NCBI GenBank assembly: GCA_038087875.1
Contig: CM075990.1
Coordinates: 17,300,001 to 17,364,000, forward strand
From: Malacoraja senta
Lineage: Eukaryota
Direction: 5' to 3'
Length of the DNA: 64,000 nucleotides
The notes below the pieces were generated by a model. It saw only the letters and a program-made list of their open reading frames with translations. It was not told where the DNA came from and did not search any database. Of this stretch, positions 36,518 through 50,469 are shown one piece after another. Each line of letters begins with the position of its first letter. Positions within the stretch are counted from its first letter, which is position 1. Both the position numbers and the translations under genes were made by a program.

Positions 36518-37937
36518 TACCAGAATGCCATCTGGATTAGAGGGCATTAGCTGTAAGGAGAGGTTGGACAGACTTGGATTGTTTTCTTTGGTTAGTCAGA
36601 GGTTAAGGGAAGACGTGATAGAAGTATAAAGAGTCATGAGCAGCAGAGAGAGGGCAAACAGTCAGAACCTTTTTCTCAGGGTGGAAATAACAAAGACCAG
36701 AGGGCGTAGTTTTATAGTCAGAGCAGGAAAAGTAGAAAGAAAATGTGCACTGCAAGTTTTGTATACGGAGAGTGGTGGGTGCCAGGAGCATGGTGCCAGG
36801 GGTCATGGCAGAGACAGATGCAAGAGTGGTGTTTAAGAGGCTATTAGATAGGCACATGGATATGCAGGGTATGGAGGGATGTTGATTATAAGAGGCATGA
36901 TGAGGGTTGGTCTTGGCATTGTGTTCAACACAGACATTGTGGGCTGAAGGGCCTGTTCCTGTTGTACATTCTGGGTGATTTTGTCCGTCGTGCTGGAAGC
37001 ACAGGAGGTGGTGCTGTTTCCCTGATTTGTTTGTTGCCCGTGGGGATGAATGGATGGAACTCCAGAAAGGAGATGCGAATGTCCCCAAATGTTTCACACT
37101 TGCTGTCACTGTGCAGCGGGGCTCTTTGTGTGTGTGACTGGAAGCAAAGTCTAATGTGTCAAAGTAAGACCTGCTCACATCGGCAGAATGTTACATACAT
37201 GTTGTGCTAAAGAAAGAAGGCATGAAATGCTGGAGTAACACAGTGGATCAGGCAGCATCCCTGAAGAACATGGATAGGTGACGTTTCAGGTTGGGACCCT
37301 TCCTTGGATTTTGTGTTTTGTACATTTTATGTTGATCATTTAAACACAGACCTGCTATGCACTGACATATTTTCTCAGATGCTTTTATCCATATCATCTG
37401 TAACTCTCTCCAAGTTCATTGTTCATTCATTTAATTGGTTTGATTTTTTTGGTTTTACTTTTTTTTGTAGTAACTCTAACTATTGAACATCCACTAAACT
37501 GTGCACCTGGAATTTCCACTTGATTGTGCTGGTCTTTTACATAGGTACATAGATACAAGACAATAGGTGCAGGAGTAGGCCTTTCAGTCATTCGAGCCAG
37601 GACCTCCATTCAATGTGATCATGGCTGATCATCCACAATCTGTACCCCGTTCCTGCCTTCTCCCCATATCCCCTGACTCCGCTAGCTCCAAGACATGCAG
37701 GCTTGTAGGTAACTTGCCCTCTGAATTTGCCCTTGCGTTTAAGACAGAACTAATGTATGAGTGATCGCTGGTCGGCACGGACTTGGTGGGCCGGAGGGCT
37801 TGTTTCCATGCTGTATCTAAACTAAACTGAAATATGTTCTACCATGCACCTGGCTCTGGCTGGACTATGGACTTCAGTTTTGCACTATTATGGTCTGGTT
37901 ACTGAATATTGCTGATTATTAAGTGATTGTATTCTAG

Positions 37938-38226
37938 ATTAAGAATAAGGGGTAAGCCATTTAGAACGGAGATGAGGAAATACTTTTTCACACAGAGAGT
38001 TGTGAGTCTGTGGAATTCTCTGCCTCAGAGGGCGGTGGAGGCTGGTTCTCTGGATACTTTCAAGAGAGAGCTAGATAGGGCTCTTAAAGAAAGCGGAGTC
38101 AGGGGATATGGGGAGAACGCAGGAACGGGGTACTGATTGGGATGATCAGCCATGATCACAGTGAATGGCGGTGCTGGCTCGAAGGACCGAATGGCCTACT
38201 CCTGCACCTATTGTCTATTGTCTATT
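37938..38226 (+). mobile_element. CR1 3' end
   Basis: LRIRGKPFRTEMRK..QRVVSLWNSLPQ plus tgtctat tail. Confidence 0.85.
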
Positions 38227-39589
38227 ATTGTGTATGTATCTGTGTGTTATTTCATTAATGGCCCTGTAAAGATGCTGCAACCAAGAATATCATTGTTCCA
38301 CTCTCACTGCAAATGACAATTATACACTCTTGACTTTTGATCATTACAAAGCCATGCTCAGACACATTACAAAACTTTACTAAGACAGACCATATCAATT
38401 CAAATATCAACATTAAAAATTAAATTTCAAATTGCCGACTTCCTATATCAATTACACATAGATTTTGCATTTGGTGATGTGTGAACTGGAAAGAAAAAAC
38501 ATTTTTAAATTACAATTTAGAATTAAAAACCAAAGTACTGGAAGAACTCGCTGATCAGGCAGCATCTAGGGAGGGAGTGATGTCTATTCCCTCCACAGTT
38601 ACTGCCTGGTCCGCTGAGTTTCTCCAACACTTTGTTTTTTTGCTCAGGACTGCAACATCTGCGGGTGCTGTGTCTGCAGTGCAGATTTGCCCACTCCGAT
38701 CAAAGCAACCACATAATGTCCCACACCCCCGCCCACCCCGCCCACCCCATCTCAGGCTTCTCAGAAACCAGCTCACATTCATTGGTATATTATAGAACTC
38801 CATGGCATCTGGAAAAGCTCATGGTAATTAATAAGATGCCATTTTGATATATTTTTGTAATGTTCTGATACATTTCTAAACGGACATGATTTTATCTAAC
38901 CAATTGTGCCATTAAGATTGGTTTAATTGAGCTAACTACCTCCTTACAACTATTAAATGAAACTATTACAACTTTCCATTGCAATTCAAGCATGTAATCT
39001 GAAGCAGTAATCCACAGAAAATGTAGAAACATCATTATGATTGAATGAAGATTTAACAGCAATTGTTAATTTTGCTGTTGGCTTTATATCAACTTTACTA
39101 AATCAATCCTCGTCTCACAGCAGGGCTGTTGAACGTAAAGGTATGTTCAGAAGGCAAGAGAATTCTCCATGGTGTAGAGACCCAAATAATAGCTAACAAG
39201 CAATATTTAGTGTGTACCAAGGATTTCATCTAACCAATTCTACAATATGTTTCTTTTGAATTTGTATTTAATAATTTGAACTATACTGTGAGGGCCATGG
39301 TGGGTTTAGTTACATCAGAGAAACTTGATTGTTCATTTCACAAAGTGCTGGTGACATTTGAATTCAGAACGGCATAGCCTCTACACTGACTCTCTGTCTG
39401 AAGAAGGGTCTCGACCCAAAACGGCACCTATTCCTTTTGTCCAGAGATGCTGCCTGACACGCTGAGTTGCTCCAGCATTTTGTGTCTATCTTCGATGTAA
39501 ACCAGCATCTGTAGTTCCTTCCCACACATGCCAGAAAGTCAATAGGTTGTGCCCTGTAACTCTGATGAATCAATCTGATGAAGCAAGAT

Positions 39590-39975
39590 AAAGTCCGATT
39601 AAAGGTCCCCAATGAGGTAGATGGGAGGTCAGGACCAGATTCTAGCAGGTAAGAGGGTTCAGTTGCCTGATAACAGCTGGGAAGAAACTGTCCCTGAATC
39701 TGGAGGTGTGCGTTTTCACACCTCTGTACCTTTTGCCCAATGGGAGAGGGGAGAAGAGGGAGTGACCGGGGTGGGACTGGTCCTTGATTACGCTGCTGGC
39801 CTTGCTGAGGCAGCGTGAGGTATAGATGGAGTCAACGGAAGGGAGGATGCTTTGTGTGATGGTCTGGGCCGTGTCCACACACTCTATAATTACTTGTGGT
39901 CTTGGATGGAGCTGTTCCAAAACCATGTTGTGATGCATCCTGGTAAAATGCTTTCTACGACACATCTGTAGAAGA
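39590..39975 (-). mobile_element. Rex1/Babar-type LINE fragment
   Basis: DSIYTSRCLSKASSVIKDQSHPGHSLFSPLPLGKRYRGVKTHTSRFRDSFFPAVIRQLN. Confidence 0.75.
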
Positions 39976-41197
39976 TCTTTGGGTTGGGGTTGGGGGGAGT
40001 GGGGGTGGGGGGGGGGGTGGGGGGTGATGAGCAAACTGAGACGAGGTAGTCAGTGTCAGCCTGAGTCATTCTGAAAAACTTTCATCATCACATCACCAAA
40101 GCTGGTGAACCAATAGTAAGAGTCTCTTACCCAAGACTTTGTACAGACATTCCATAACCCTGTGCCAGGCAAGAACATGTTTAGTCGAGTTACAGCTGAC
40201 ATTTACATGAACACATCTGGGGGACTGTGCAGTTCTGGTTGCCCTGGTGTAGGAAGGATATCATTAAACTGGAAAGGGTGCAAGAAAGACTTCGAGGGAT
40301 GCCACCAGGTCTGGAGGGTTTGAGTTTTTGGAAGAGACTGGATAGGTTAGAACGATTTCCCTGGAGCATTGGAGCAGTGGTGTGACATTGTAGATGTTTA
40401 TGAATGGTCACATTCTTTTAACCATTGTAGGGGAGTCTAGAGCTGGAGGGGGTAGTGGTGAGACGGGAAAGATTTAAAAGGGAGCTGCGAGGCAACTTTT
40501 TCATACAGAGGATGGTGGGTATATGGAACAGGCTGTCAGAAGAGGCAGCGGCAATGGATACAGTTACGACATTTGGAAGATATTTGGGCAGGTACATGGT
40601 GGGAAAGGTTTGGAGTTAGTTGGACCAGACACAAGCAAGTGAGATGAGCACAGTTAGTTTGGGATGGGCGAGTTATACTGAAGGACTTGCGTCCATGCTG
40701 TATGACTATATGTTTGCATGTGTGAGCTTGTTGGGCTGGCGATAGGAACAGTGGGCATCTGGGAATTTGTTGGAGATGTTACTGCTGGTGGATGTAGCAG
40801 GTTTATTCCTCATTCTCAGACAGGGGGGAGGAACGTCAAACACGGAAACAGCTTGCCTCTCTAAACAAGAACCAAAGAGAGGTGGAAGAACCGACGGACT
40901 TTCTCCAGCAAACTCGGCGATATCAAGTCTCAAGACTCAGCTGATAGGAAACATTCAGGGCTTGAACAAAAAACTTTAATGATGCTCAAGAAGATACTGC
41001 TGCCAGAACCAGGAACCGACAAGAATATGTTTGCAGATTTGGGAGATCCTGCTCCTCACAAGGTTCTGTAGATCTCCCTGATGGTCACCAATTTACCAGG
41101 ACACTGTCCTATATCCTGCAAGGCACCGCATGAGGCCACCAACAGGCAAAGTAGAATGGACACTGTCCTGCGCTGGAGAATTGCTGAGCAAGACATA

Positions 41198-41525
41198 TTT
41201 AGTTCAGCTTAGAGATACAGCATGGACACAGGCCCTTCGCCCACCAGTTCCACACTGACCTTCGACGAACCCGTTCACACTAGTTCCATGTTATTCCACT
41301 TCCTCATCCACTCCCTATACACTAGGGGGCAATTTACAGAGGGCCAATTAACCTACAAACCCGCACGTCTTTGGGATGTGGGAGGAAAGTGGAACATGTG
41401 GAGGAATCCCACACGGTCACGGGGAGAACGTGCAAACTCCACACAGACAGTACCCGAGGTCAGGATCAAAGTCGGGTCCCTGGCGCAGTGAGGCAGCGGC
41501 TCCACCTGCTGCACCACTGTGCCGC
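41198..41525 (-). mobile_element. V-SINE (HE1-like)
   Basis: Full-length copy. Confidence 0.85.
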
Positions 41526-41904
41526 TCCATATAAACAGATTATTTCACAGATCATTGGGTGCTGGCACCTTCTTTTGCAAAGGGATTACCTGGCCTCTAA
41601 CAAAGATGGGGCTTGCAACAGAAAATAAGGTGTGAAATCCTCGGCCAACACTGGACCTTCCCTTGTGACACCCACTGCACTTCTCCTTCAATGATTCACA
41701 TCATCTAAGACGACTGATTATATTTAATTAATGGAAAGGCAATGCAGTTAAGCAAAGTTGCTGGCTGGACTGGGACTCAGTGGACTGCTACTACACACTT
41801 GTACTGTATCCGAGATGTTAATCTAATATGTATCTAAGTACCTATTTAAAGTGATACTTGTACTGAACTGTATACAAAAATGAATTTCACTGTACCTGTG
41901 ACAA

Positions 41905-42192
41905 ATAGACAATAGACAATAGGTACAGGAGTAGGCCATTTGGCCCTTCGAGCCAGCACCGCCATTCAATGTGATCATGGCTGATCATCCCCAATCAGTA
42001 CCCCGTTCCTGCCTTCTCCCCATATCCCCTGACTCCGCTATCTTTAAGAGCCCTATCTAGCTCTCTCTTGAAAGTATCCAGAGAACCGGCCTCCACCGCC
42101 CTCTGAGGCAGAGAATTCCACGGACTCACAACTCTCTGTGAGAAAAAGTGTTTCCTCATCTCCGTTCTAAATGGCTTACCCCTTATTCTTAA
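41905..42192 (-). mobile_element. CR1 3' end
   Basis: Reverse complement of the 37938-38226 type. Confidence 0.85.
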
Positions 42193-42860
42193 ATAAGGTA
42201 CAATACCTAATTTCTTCCATTCCAATGTTCAATATAAACTGTTCACCAAGAACTTAAACTTTATTTGAGGTGCGGTGGGAAAAGTCTCTCGGGTTATCAG
42301 AGACTCTGCTGAGTCAGCTTACAGGAGAGAGGGTGAACAGTTTATGCGACAACAACCTCTCACTCATTGTAAGGAACTAAGCATTGACTTCAGAAAGGGG
42401 AGGCTGGTTTTAATTGTTGGGTTAGTGGAGGAGAGAGTTAGCTGCTTCATATTGCTGGATGTTAACATCTCCGTTGACCTGTCCAGAGCCCAGCATAGAG
42501 AAGTAGAAGATATAACCGTGAAGTTGTATTCAGTCTCTCTACTTCCTTAAAGTTTAAAAATATCGTGTATGTCTCTGAATAACAAACTTGAACTGATTGA
42601 GTTTGCAGGTTAATTAGCCTCTGTAAATTGCCCCTGGTGTGTAGGGAGTGGATGCGTAAGTGAGATAGCATAGAACTAGTGGGTCAAAGGGTCTGTTTCC
42701 ATGCTGTATCTTTAAATCAAATCTAAATGTCTGAGTTACATGTTGGTGTGCAAACACGTCTTCCAAAAGAACTAGTAACCTACAGTTGTTCAACAAACCT
42801 GAATAGTTCCCAGCAGCAAACAGCATTTATTTATTTTATAAGAATATCTTTTGCACTTAC

Positions 42861-42915
42861 CAAGTGAGAGGATGATGGTTGGTAATATCTTAATCCAGCT
42901 GAAATCGTGAAGCAT
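42861..42915 (-). CDS. TMEM273: TMEM273 coding exon 1 (signal peptide MLHDFSWIKILPTIILSL)
   Basis: ATG in AAAATG context, hydrophobic leader, strong donor TTG|GTAAGT, phase 1 joins exon 2 in frame. Confidence 0.8.
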
Positions 42916-43020
42916 TTTCGTTGCACATTCGAGTAGCTGCCTGACAAGATGACTTTTAGACTTGCAGCGAAATATAACATACTCAAAAGGAAGCAGAACC
43001 CACATCCTGTAAAGAATCGA
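42916..43020 (-). promoter_or_regulatory. Putative TMEM273 5' UTR / proximal promoter
   Basis: Unique sequence directly upstream of the ATG, with an ETS-type AAAAGGAAG at ~42985-42993. Confidence 0.3.
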
Positions 43021-43694
43021 GCTGTTCCTTTTAATCTGGAACCAAGTAATTTGTTCATGATTAGTGAATAAGACACGTTATGACTCTTGAAAACATTTTA
43101 TTTGGAAAATAATATTTGACTGTTTTAATCTCATTCAATTAACCAGTCCTTGTTAATCTTTTCAGAAAAATGCTGCATACATTAGGTAGACAATGATTGC
43201 CTCTGCTGTGCAGTGCAGTGCAGTGCACCAGCACACTTTAGAGGCTATCTTTCTGGCTGATGTTGATGTTAACAGGAGCTTGGTACAATGTCCTTCATGT
43301 GCCAAGCAATGACAAGTGGTGTAATCAAACAAACGGGCTCCAATCTAAAGTTTCATTTTAGTTTTGTTTAGGCAAGATATTAGAAAACTGGCCCAGAAGT
43401 TATCTCGAATACGCTGGTTTGATGCAAACTCATAAAAGAGGGAAGATATATTGGAAAGTGTTGGTATTGGTTTATTATAGGCACCTGCTCCACAATGCAG
43501 TAAAACATTTTGTTTTGTGTACATTCTAGGCAAATCATACCATTGATGAGTGTGGCCATACAAGGCACAGTACATTGGTAGTACAAAACGATGAAAGGAA
43601 ACATAGTGTAGCGTACAATGCTACAGCGACAGAGACCACGCAGATGTGAAGGACTGCAACAATGTAGATTGGAAGATTGGGAATACATCTTTTG

Positions 43695-43965
43695 GGCGGC
43701 ACCATGGCACAGCGGTAGAGTTGCTACCTTACAGTGTCATGGACCCGGGTTCGATCCTGACAATGGGTGCTGTCTGTATGGAGTTTGCACATTCTCCCTG
43801 AGACCGCGTGGGTTTTCTCTGCGTGCTCCGGTTCCCACCCACATTCCAAAGACATGCAGGTTTGTAGGGTAATTGGTTTATGTAAATTGTGCCTAGTGTG
43901 TAAGATAGAACTAGTGTACGGGTGATTGTTGGTCAGCATGAACTCGAAGGGCCAAATGGCCTGTT
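43695..43965 (+). mobile_element. V-SINE (HE1-like)
   Basis: Head and V-domain. Confidence 0.8.
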
Positions 43966-45199
43966 AGGAATATGGGCCAAGTGCAGTCAACTGGGACTAG
44001 CTCAGTTAGGTAATTTGGCTGGCATGAGCGAGTTGGGCCGAAGGGCCTGTCTCTGTGTGGTATTTCTCATGTAGTATTGCATCTTGTCTATATTTTGAGG
44101 AGGAATTGTTCACCCCTGCACTCTTGGTAATGTCCTACAGTGAGAAGCAGCATTCCACTTTTCACTTCTCTGTCTGTACGGAGTTTGTAAGTCCTTCCTG
44201 TGATTGCGTGGGTGTCCTCCAGGTGCTCAGGTTTTCTCCCACACATCAAAGGTTTGTAGGTTAATTGGCTTCTGTAAATTGTAAATTGTCCCTAGCGTTT
44301 AGTGGGCAGGGTGTTAGTGGGCAGGGATTGCTGGTGGGTGCAGACTCGATGGGCTGAAGGGCCTGTTTCCGTGCTGTATGTCTAAACTAAACTAAATGAA
44401 ACTAAACATCCCAGCTTTGTATGCTCTCTCAATGTTTGCACGGCCTTATTTTTTTTATTTGTGTTGCTCACATCAGTAATAATTAATTTAATTTTCAAAA
44501 CATGTTATTTATAATATTAGAACATGTGCCTGAATGTGTATGAAAAGAAAGATGGCAAATTGGCCAACTGCAGTTCTAGCAATTACTCATTATTAAAATA
44601 AGTGATAAACTGCTCCATCATAGCCCACTCTTTAATTATTCCTGTTTAAGTGCCCCTGAACAGCGAGCTGTAATTAAAGGAGAGCCTGAAGGCTTGTGTG
44701 GAACTTATGGTTGAGTGCTTCAGGGGTACATACGGCTGTGGTATACAGCCTCCTTCTCTGGGAGAGCAGCTTCCTCACAACCCTTGGTAGCCTTGTTGGT
44801 TGGGAACACAAAGCAGCCTGAGGATTGCGAGGTGAAGAGGCATTTGCACTGTGGGACATCACAGAGAGATCTCCAAATTATTGATAGACGACTATCGAGT
44901 TTGATTGATGTCAGTTGTATAGGTGCAGGGAGGAACTGCAGATGCTGGTTTAAATCGGACAGGCACACAGTGCTGGAGTAACTCAGTGAGTCAGGCGGCA
45001 TCTCTGGGGATAGGAATAGGTGACGTTTCACATAGAGTTCCTTCTTCAGACCTATTCCTGATCGTCACCCATTCCTTTTCTCCAGAGATGCTGCCTGACC
45101 CGCTGAGTTACTCCAGCTTTTTGTGTCTGTCTTCAGTTGTATCGGTATTGGTTTATCATTGTCACATGTACTGAGATACCTAGAATGTTAAACACAGGA

Positions 45200-46130
45200 C
45201 ATCACTATCTCCTGATTTTATACACCTCCATAAAATCACCCCTCAACCTCCTGCCCTCCAGTCCTACCCTGCCCCAAGCTCCTGCTGTAGCTCAGCACCT
45301 CAAGTCTTGGCAACATTCTCATACATCTTCTCTGTACTCTTTCTAGTTTAAAGACATGCCTCTTATAGCAGGGTGACTGAAACTAAACACAGTATGTGTG
45401 CACTCACCAACATCTTGTAACTGTAACATAATGGCACAATTTCTGTACTCAATACCCTGACTAATGAAGACCAATGTACCAAAAGCCTTCTTGACCACCG
45501 TATCTTCTTGTGACACTACTTTCAGGGAACTCTGTACCTGCGTCCCTAGATCCCTCTGCTCTACAACACTCCCCAGAGTCATGTTGTTTATGTGAAGGCC
45601 CTGCCCTGGCTTGACTTACCAACATGCAACACCTCACACTTATCTGCATTAATGACCATTTACATTCCTCAGCACATTTATCCAACTGATCAAGAACCTG
45701 CTGTAATGTTTGATAACCAACTTCACCATCTACGATACCACCCACTTTAGTGTCATCTGCAAACTTACCAATCATGCCTTCTACATTCTCATCCAAATCA
45801 TTGATATAAACCACAAACAACAATGGGCCCAATCCCTGAGGCACACTACTAGTCACATGCCTCCTGTGTGTAAAACAACCTTTTCCATCAATGTAGTCAA
45901 TCCTCTATCCAGTCAGGTAGCTCCACTTGGATCCCATGCAATCTAACCTTCCAGAGCAGCCGACCATGTGGAACCTTATCAAAGATCTTGCTGAAGTTCT
46001 CATGGACAACATGTGCCCTCGTCAACCTTCTTGGTTACCTCTTGCAAAACCTCAATCAAATTTGTTACACAATCTCTCACGTGCAAATCCATGCTGACTG
46101 TTTTTAAACAGCCCGTCTATCCAAATGTAT
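45200..46130 (-). mobile_element. Decayed CR1 LINE RT fragment
   Basis: TSSVPQGLGPLLFVVYINDLDENVEGMIGKFADDTK and downstream CR1 motifs, broken frames. Confidence 0.85.
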
Positions 46131-47631
46131 AGGAAGGAACTGCAGATGCTGATTTACACCAAAGATTATACAAATTGCTGGAGTAACTCTGCGGGTCAGG
46201 CAGCATCTCTGGAGAGAAGGAATAGGTGATGTTTCAGGCTGAGACGCTTCTCATTCAGATGCATGTATGCCTAATCCCTCAGAATCCTTTAAACTTTCTC
46301 CTTCTGACCATATGCCTTCTGGTCTTTGGCATTTCCACCTTGGGGAAAAGGTTCTGACCGTCTACCCTAGATTAACTTTCTCTTGTGTAGGAAGGAACTG
46401 CAGATGCTGGTTTAAACTGAAGAGAGACACAAAATGCTGGAGTAACTCAGTGGGCCAGGCAGCATCTCTGTAGAAAAGGAATAGGTGACGTTTTGGGTCG
46501 AGACCTTTCCCTTGTTCCTTTACTATTCATTATCAGTTTCATCGCAGCAAATCATCTTGAATCATAGTACTTACAGCACAGTAGGTTATTATGTAAAATT
46601 CATCCATTTAAACAGATAGCCCACTATAGTTTACCTATTCTGTGATATTCAAGAAGTTAAATTGGTTTAGGATTTGCAGATACAAAGACAATAGAGCTAC
46701 CATAATTTGTCATCGTTATATTGTGAAATTAATAACAGCTCTGGAGTACAGTGAGATAGAGCGCAGAGTGTACGAGACAATGTTTATAACTAATAAAAAA
46801 TGATTCCATAATTAAAATTTGTGACGGTAAGCAATGGAAGGATATAGATCACGTGTAGGCAGGACTAGTTTATTTTGGCATTGGTTTGGCAGGGACTTAG
46901 TGGGTTGAATGGCGTGTTCCTATGCAGTACCGTTCTATGTTCTATGTTCCATGGTTTTGTTTTTGTTACATTTCCCGGAGTAATAACCAACAACCAAATA
47001 AATGACAAGAACGTCAGGACATAGTGCAATATTACTGCTGCAAAATCTCAGAAATCTTTCCATTTTGTTGCATTGAGCTGAAGTCACTGTTTAGTAGCAT
47101 GACCAACAACAAACACTGTGTCATCTCTAAATCCTCATCGTTACACTTCACTCTGACAGGGCTTGGTGTGTACGCAGGGACTGAAGGGCCTGCTTGACTC
47201 AAGAAAACTATTTTATACATGTACATTGTAATTCCACATGTAATAGATTGTAATAAATAAATATTTAAATTTACAAGGTATTGCAATTTTGTTCTTGTTA
47301 CGAAAGCATTTCATGCAATTTTCACACCAGTTTAAATGTTATCTTTACCTTGTGCTGAGTTGAATGTTTAACATATCCATTGGCAGCTACATATTTAAGA
47401 TATTACAATTAAGCATTTTTTTTAAATCATTCACCTAAAATAAAAAAAACACTAAGAGATAATTAAGAAATGTCACACTATAAAAGTATGTAAATTATCT
47501 AACAAGCTCCTCCTCCTAACCTTTGATAGACACAAAATGCTGGAGTAACTCAGTGGGACAGGCAGCAACTCTGGAGAGAAGGAAGGGGTGATGTTTCGGG
47601 TTGAGACCTTTCTTCAGACTGAGAACCCTTT

Positions 47632-47772
47632 GGGGTGGGAGATTGCAACCTTCATGTGGTCCGCCCTGTTTCGATGAATACAATCAACCCGGCGTGCACA
47701 ATCAAATAAGATCAAATAGAACAAGTTGTCCTCCAACTTTAGGCTGTGCACACCATATGTAGGAAGAAGAAG
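47632..47772 (+). mobile_element. HDV-ribozyme-headed short retroelement, copy D
   Basis: Same 5' end and GAA tail; J4/2 reads TGAA (putative catalytic C lost); TSD-like aacccttt/aacctttt. Confidence 0.8.
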
Positions 47773-48214
47773 TAACCTTTTGCAGGTTGAGAACTGTGCA
47801 GCAGATACCTGTCGGGCAGGTGATGCAGTCTGAAGAAGGGTCTCGACCCGAAACATCATCCCTTCCTTCTCTCCAGAGATGCTGCCTGTCCCACTGAGTT
47901 ACACCAGCATTTTGGTCTATCTTCGGGAAAGTAAAGTGCTTTGTGTTCACACATGACTCCTGAACATCCAGACACTTATACCATGAAAGACACAGAGTGC
48001 TGGAGTAACTCAAGGTCAGGCATCATCTCTGGAGAACATGGATAGTTCCGTTGGGTCCAGATCTACTGCCTGATCTGACAGCTCGTTCCACATACACACC
48101 ACCCTCTGTGTGAAAGAGTTGCCCCTCATGTACAAAGATGAGAGACCACCAATGTAATGGTGTGGGGGGTGGGGGGGCAGTTGTACCATGGTGAGTGGCC
48201 ATCAGTATAACACA

Positions 48215-48570
48215 GGGCGGCTGCAGAAGCAGATAGCAGCATCATTCTGCCGGGGAACTGTACCGGTTCATCCCGGGACAGGTTGACCGAGGTAGCATCC
48301 CGCCGGGATTGGCAGGGAAAAATCTCCTGCCCTCCCCCTCCCTCCCGCCCGCACCACGCTAGTCTCCGCTGCATCGCCGCAAGCCTGACGCGGGTGTACG
48401 AGGCGAGGCGAGCGGTTCCCGGGCGGTGGCTGCATGTACATCGGGCCGGCCCGGCCCCAGAGCAGCGGATCCCGGGGCTGCAGGTGAGCGACAACCGGGC
48501 TGGCTTTGCAGAATGTGTTGTTCCGTGCGGGGAAATACTCATTGCACCTGCGCCTGCCTACGCGAGAAAA
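48215..48570 (+). promoter_or_regulatory. Small CpG island with putative first exon ending at donor 48483
   Basis: GC- and CpG-rich non-repeat stretch, GC-box-like CCCGCCC, donor CAG|GTGAGC at 48483/48484. Confidence 0.55.
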
Positions 48571-50469
48571 ATATATATTGCGGTGTTTATTTGCAGAGGT
48601 GATAATAATATTATGGTTGCATTTTTCTTCGAGCTGCGCCAGATTATGTGGTAATTGTGCAAATTGTTGAAACGGTCTCCGTGCAGAAGGTGTTTAAGAA
48701 AGAACTGCAGATGCTGGAAAAATCGAAGGTAGACAAAAATGCTGGAGAAACTCAGCGGGTGAGGCAGCATCTATGGAGAGAGGAATAGGTGACGTTTCAG
48801 GTTGAGACCCTTCTTCAGACAGAAGATGTGAAGATCTCTCACCATGGTACCACTGTCCCCATTGAAGAAGATGTGTCGGGAAGAACTACAGATGCTGGTT
48901 TAAACCAAGTCAGTGTGAAGAAGGGTCTCGACCCGAAACGTCACCCATTCCTTCTCTCCAGAGATGCTGCCTGACCCGCTGAGTTGCTCCAGCTTTTTGT
49001 GTCAATCCGTGCAGAAGATGACCGGTTTGTGGCACATTGTTGTTGGGTTAGTCTCGGTGCAAGGTCAATAGACAATAGGTGCAGGAGTAGGCTATTCGGC
49101 CCTTCGGGCCAGCACCAGTCACAAGCGCTGGAGCTGCTCAAAGGACCAAACCTTATCTGAACCTTATCGAGGGCTGGCATGGAGCCAGTCAGTAACGCCT
49201 CGGGGACCACAGGGTTAATGTTTTCCAGGTGACCCCCCCCCCCCACCCCCACCTCACCCCCAATCCCAAGAGGCTGGAAGGTTAAAAACACAGTGTGCTG
49301 GAAGATCTCAGTGGGTCAGGCAGCATCTGTGGTGGGACTGGTGTCAGGGGTTACGGGGAGAAGGCAGGAGAATGGGGTCGAGAGGGAAAGATAGATCAGC
49401 CATGATTGAATGGTGGAGTAGATTTGATGGGCCGAATGGTCTAATTCTGCTCCTATCCCTTATGAACGTTTCAGGCCTGGACCCTTCTTCGGACTGATGT
49501 CCATTCCCTTCACAGATGCTGCCTGGCCTCCTCCAGCACTTTGTATTTTGTTCCAGATTGCAGCATCTGCAGTTCCTTGTGCCTCCTGAACAGACCCTCC
49601 ATAAGCTAGGGTACTGTCCGATTCACCTCTACCCCATTGTGGACATTGGACTTTGTCTGTGGAACTGATGTGCTACAATGCTGAGAACTATATTCTGCAC
49701 TCTGTATCTTCCCCTTTGCTCTACCTGTTGTATGAGTTTGACGATTGTATTTATGTATAGTATTATCTGATTTGAATGGACAGCGTGCAAAACAAAGCTT
49801 TACACCATACCTCTGCACAGCTGATAGTACGAAACCTAAACCTCTACTTCCCTGTCAACTGATGCCTGGATTAGCGGGTATTAGCTACAGGGAGAGGTTG
49901 GACTGGCTTGGATTGTTTTCTCTTGAACACCAGAGGTTGCAGAGAGACCTGATAAAAGTATACAAAATTATATGAGGCATAGATGGGGTAGACAGTCCCA
50001 TGGTAGAACAGTGCAATACTAGAGGCCACATCTTTAAGGTGAGAGGAGCAAAGTTTAAAGATGTATGGTGCATGTTTTTTTACGCAGAGGGTGGTGAGTC
50101 CTTGGAACGTGCTGCGAGGGGTGGTGGTGGAGGAGGACTTGTTGGTGGCATTTAATAGATTTTTGGATAGGCTTATGTAGGGGATGGAGGGTTATGGCTA
50201 ATGTGCAGGTGGATGTGATGGTCTTGGCATCATGTTTGGTACAGAGATGGTGGGCTGAAGGGCCTGTTCTATGTTCTAAATGTTGACCAGTCTCACCCCT
50301 CCTCCACTCTTTCTTCATGTCTACAGTTTCCAGCGCTTTTATCCTCTGGTTTGTTTACATGTGTCCAACCTGGCTGAGCTTGCATTGCACTAAGGCTTGT
50401 GTGCCTTGCTCCTGTTGCTAATATTATTCTGCACCGGGATACAGAGAGGACCAGACCAGCAACGCCTTC

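Larger units (their letters stand above)
11526..42915 (-). other. TMEM273: TMEM273 (C10orf128) orthologue, spliced gene model spanning 7 coding exons, ~119 aa
   Basis: Joined exons (55+51+111+31+26+33+53=360 nt), all GT-AG and in phase, give MLHDFSWIKILPTIILSLDYFTTKVSATGTDGDEIDLKYALMGAGIGIFLVVIFVLIKIYMIKKHIYENDLTDPPSKQSQSVSENKKTCNGESNLSKLVRDKGKRDTDLPRTEGLKGSD*. The core resembles human TMEM273 as I recall it (VLATG..EIDFKYALIG...LKICMIRRHLFDDD). 3' exons are less certain. Confidence 0.85.
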
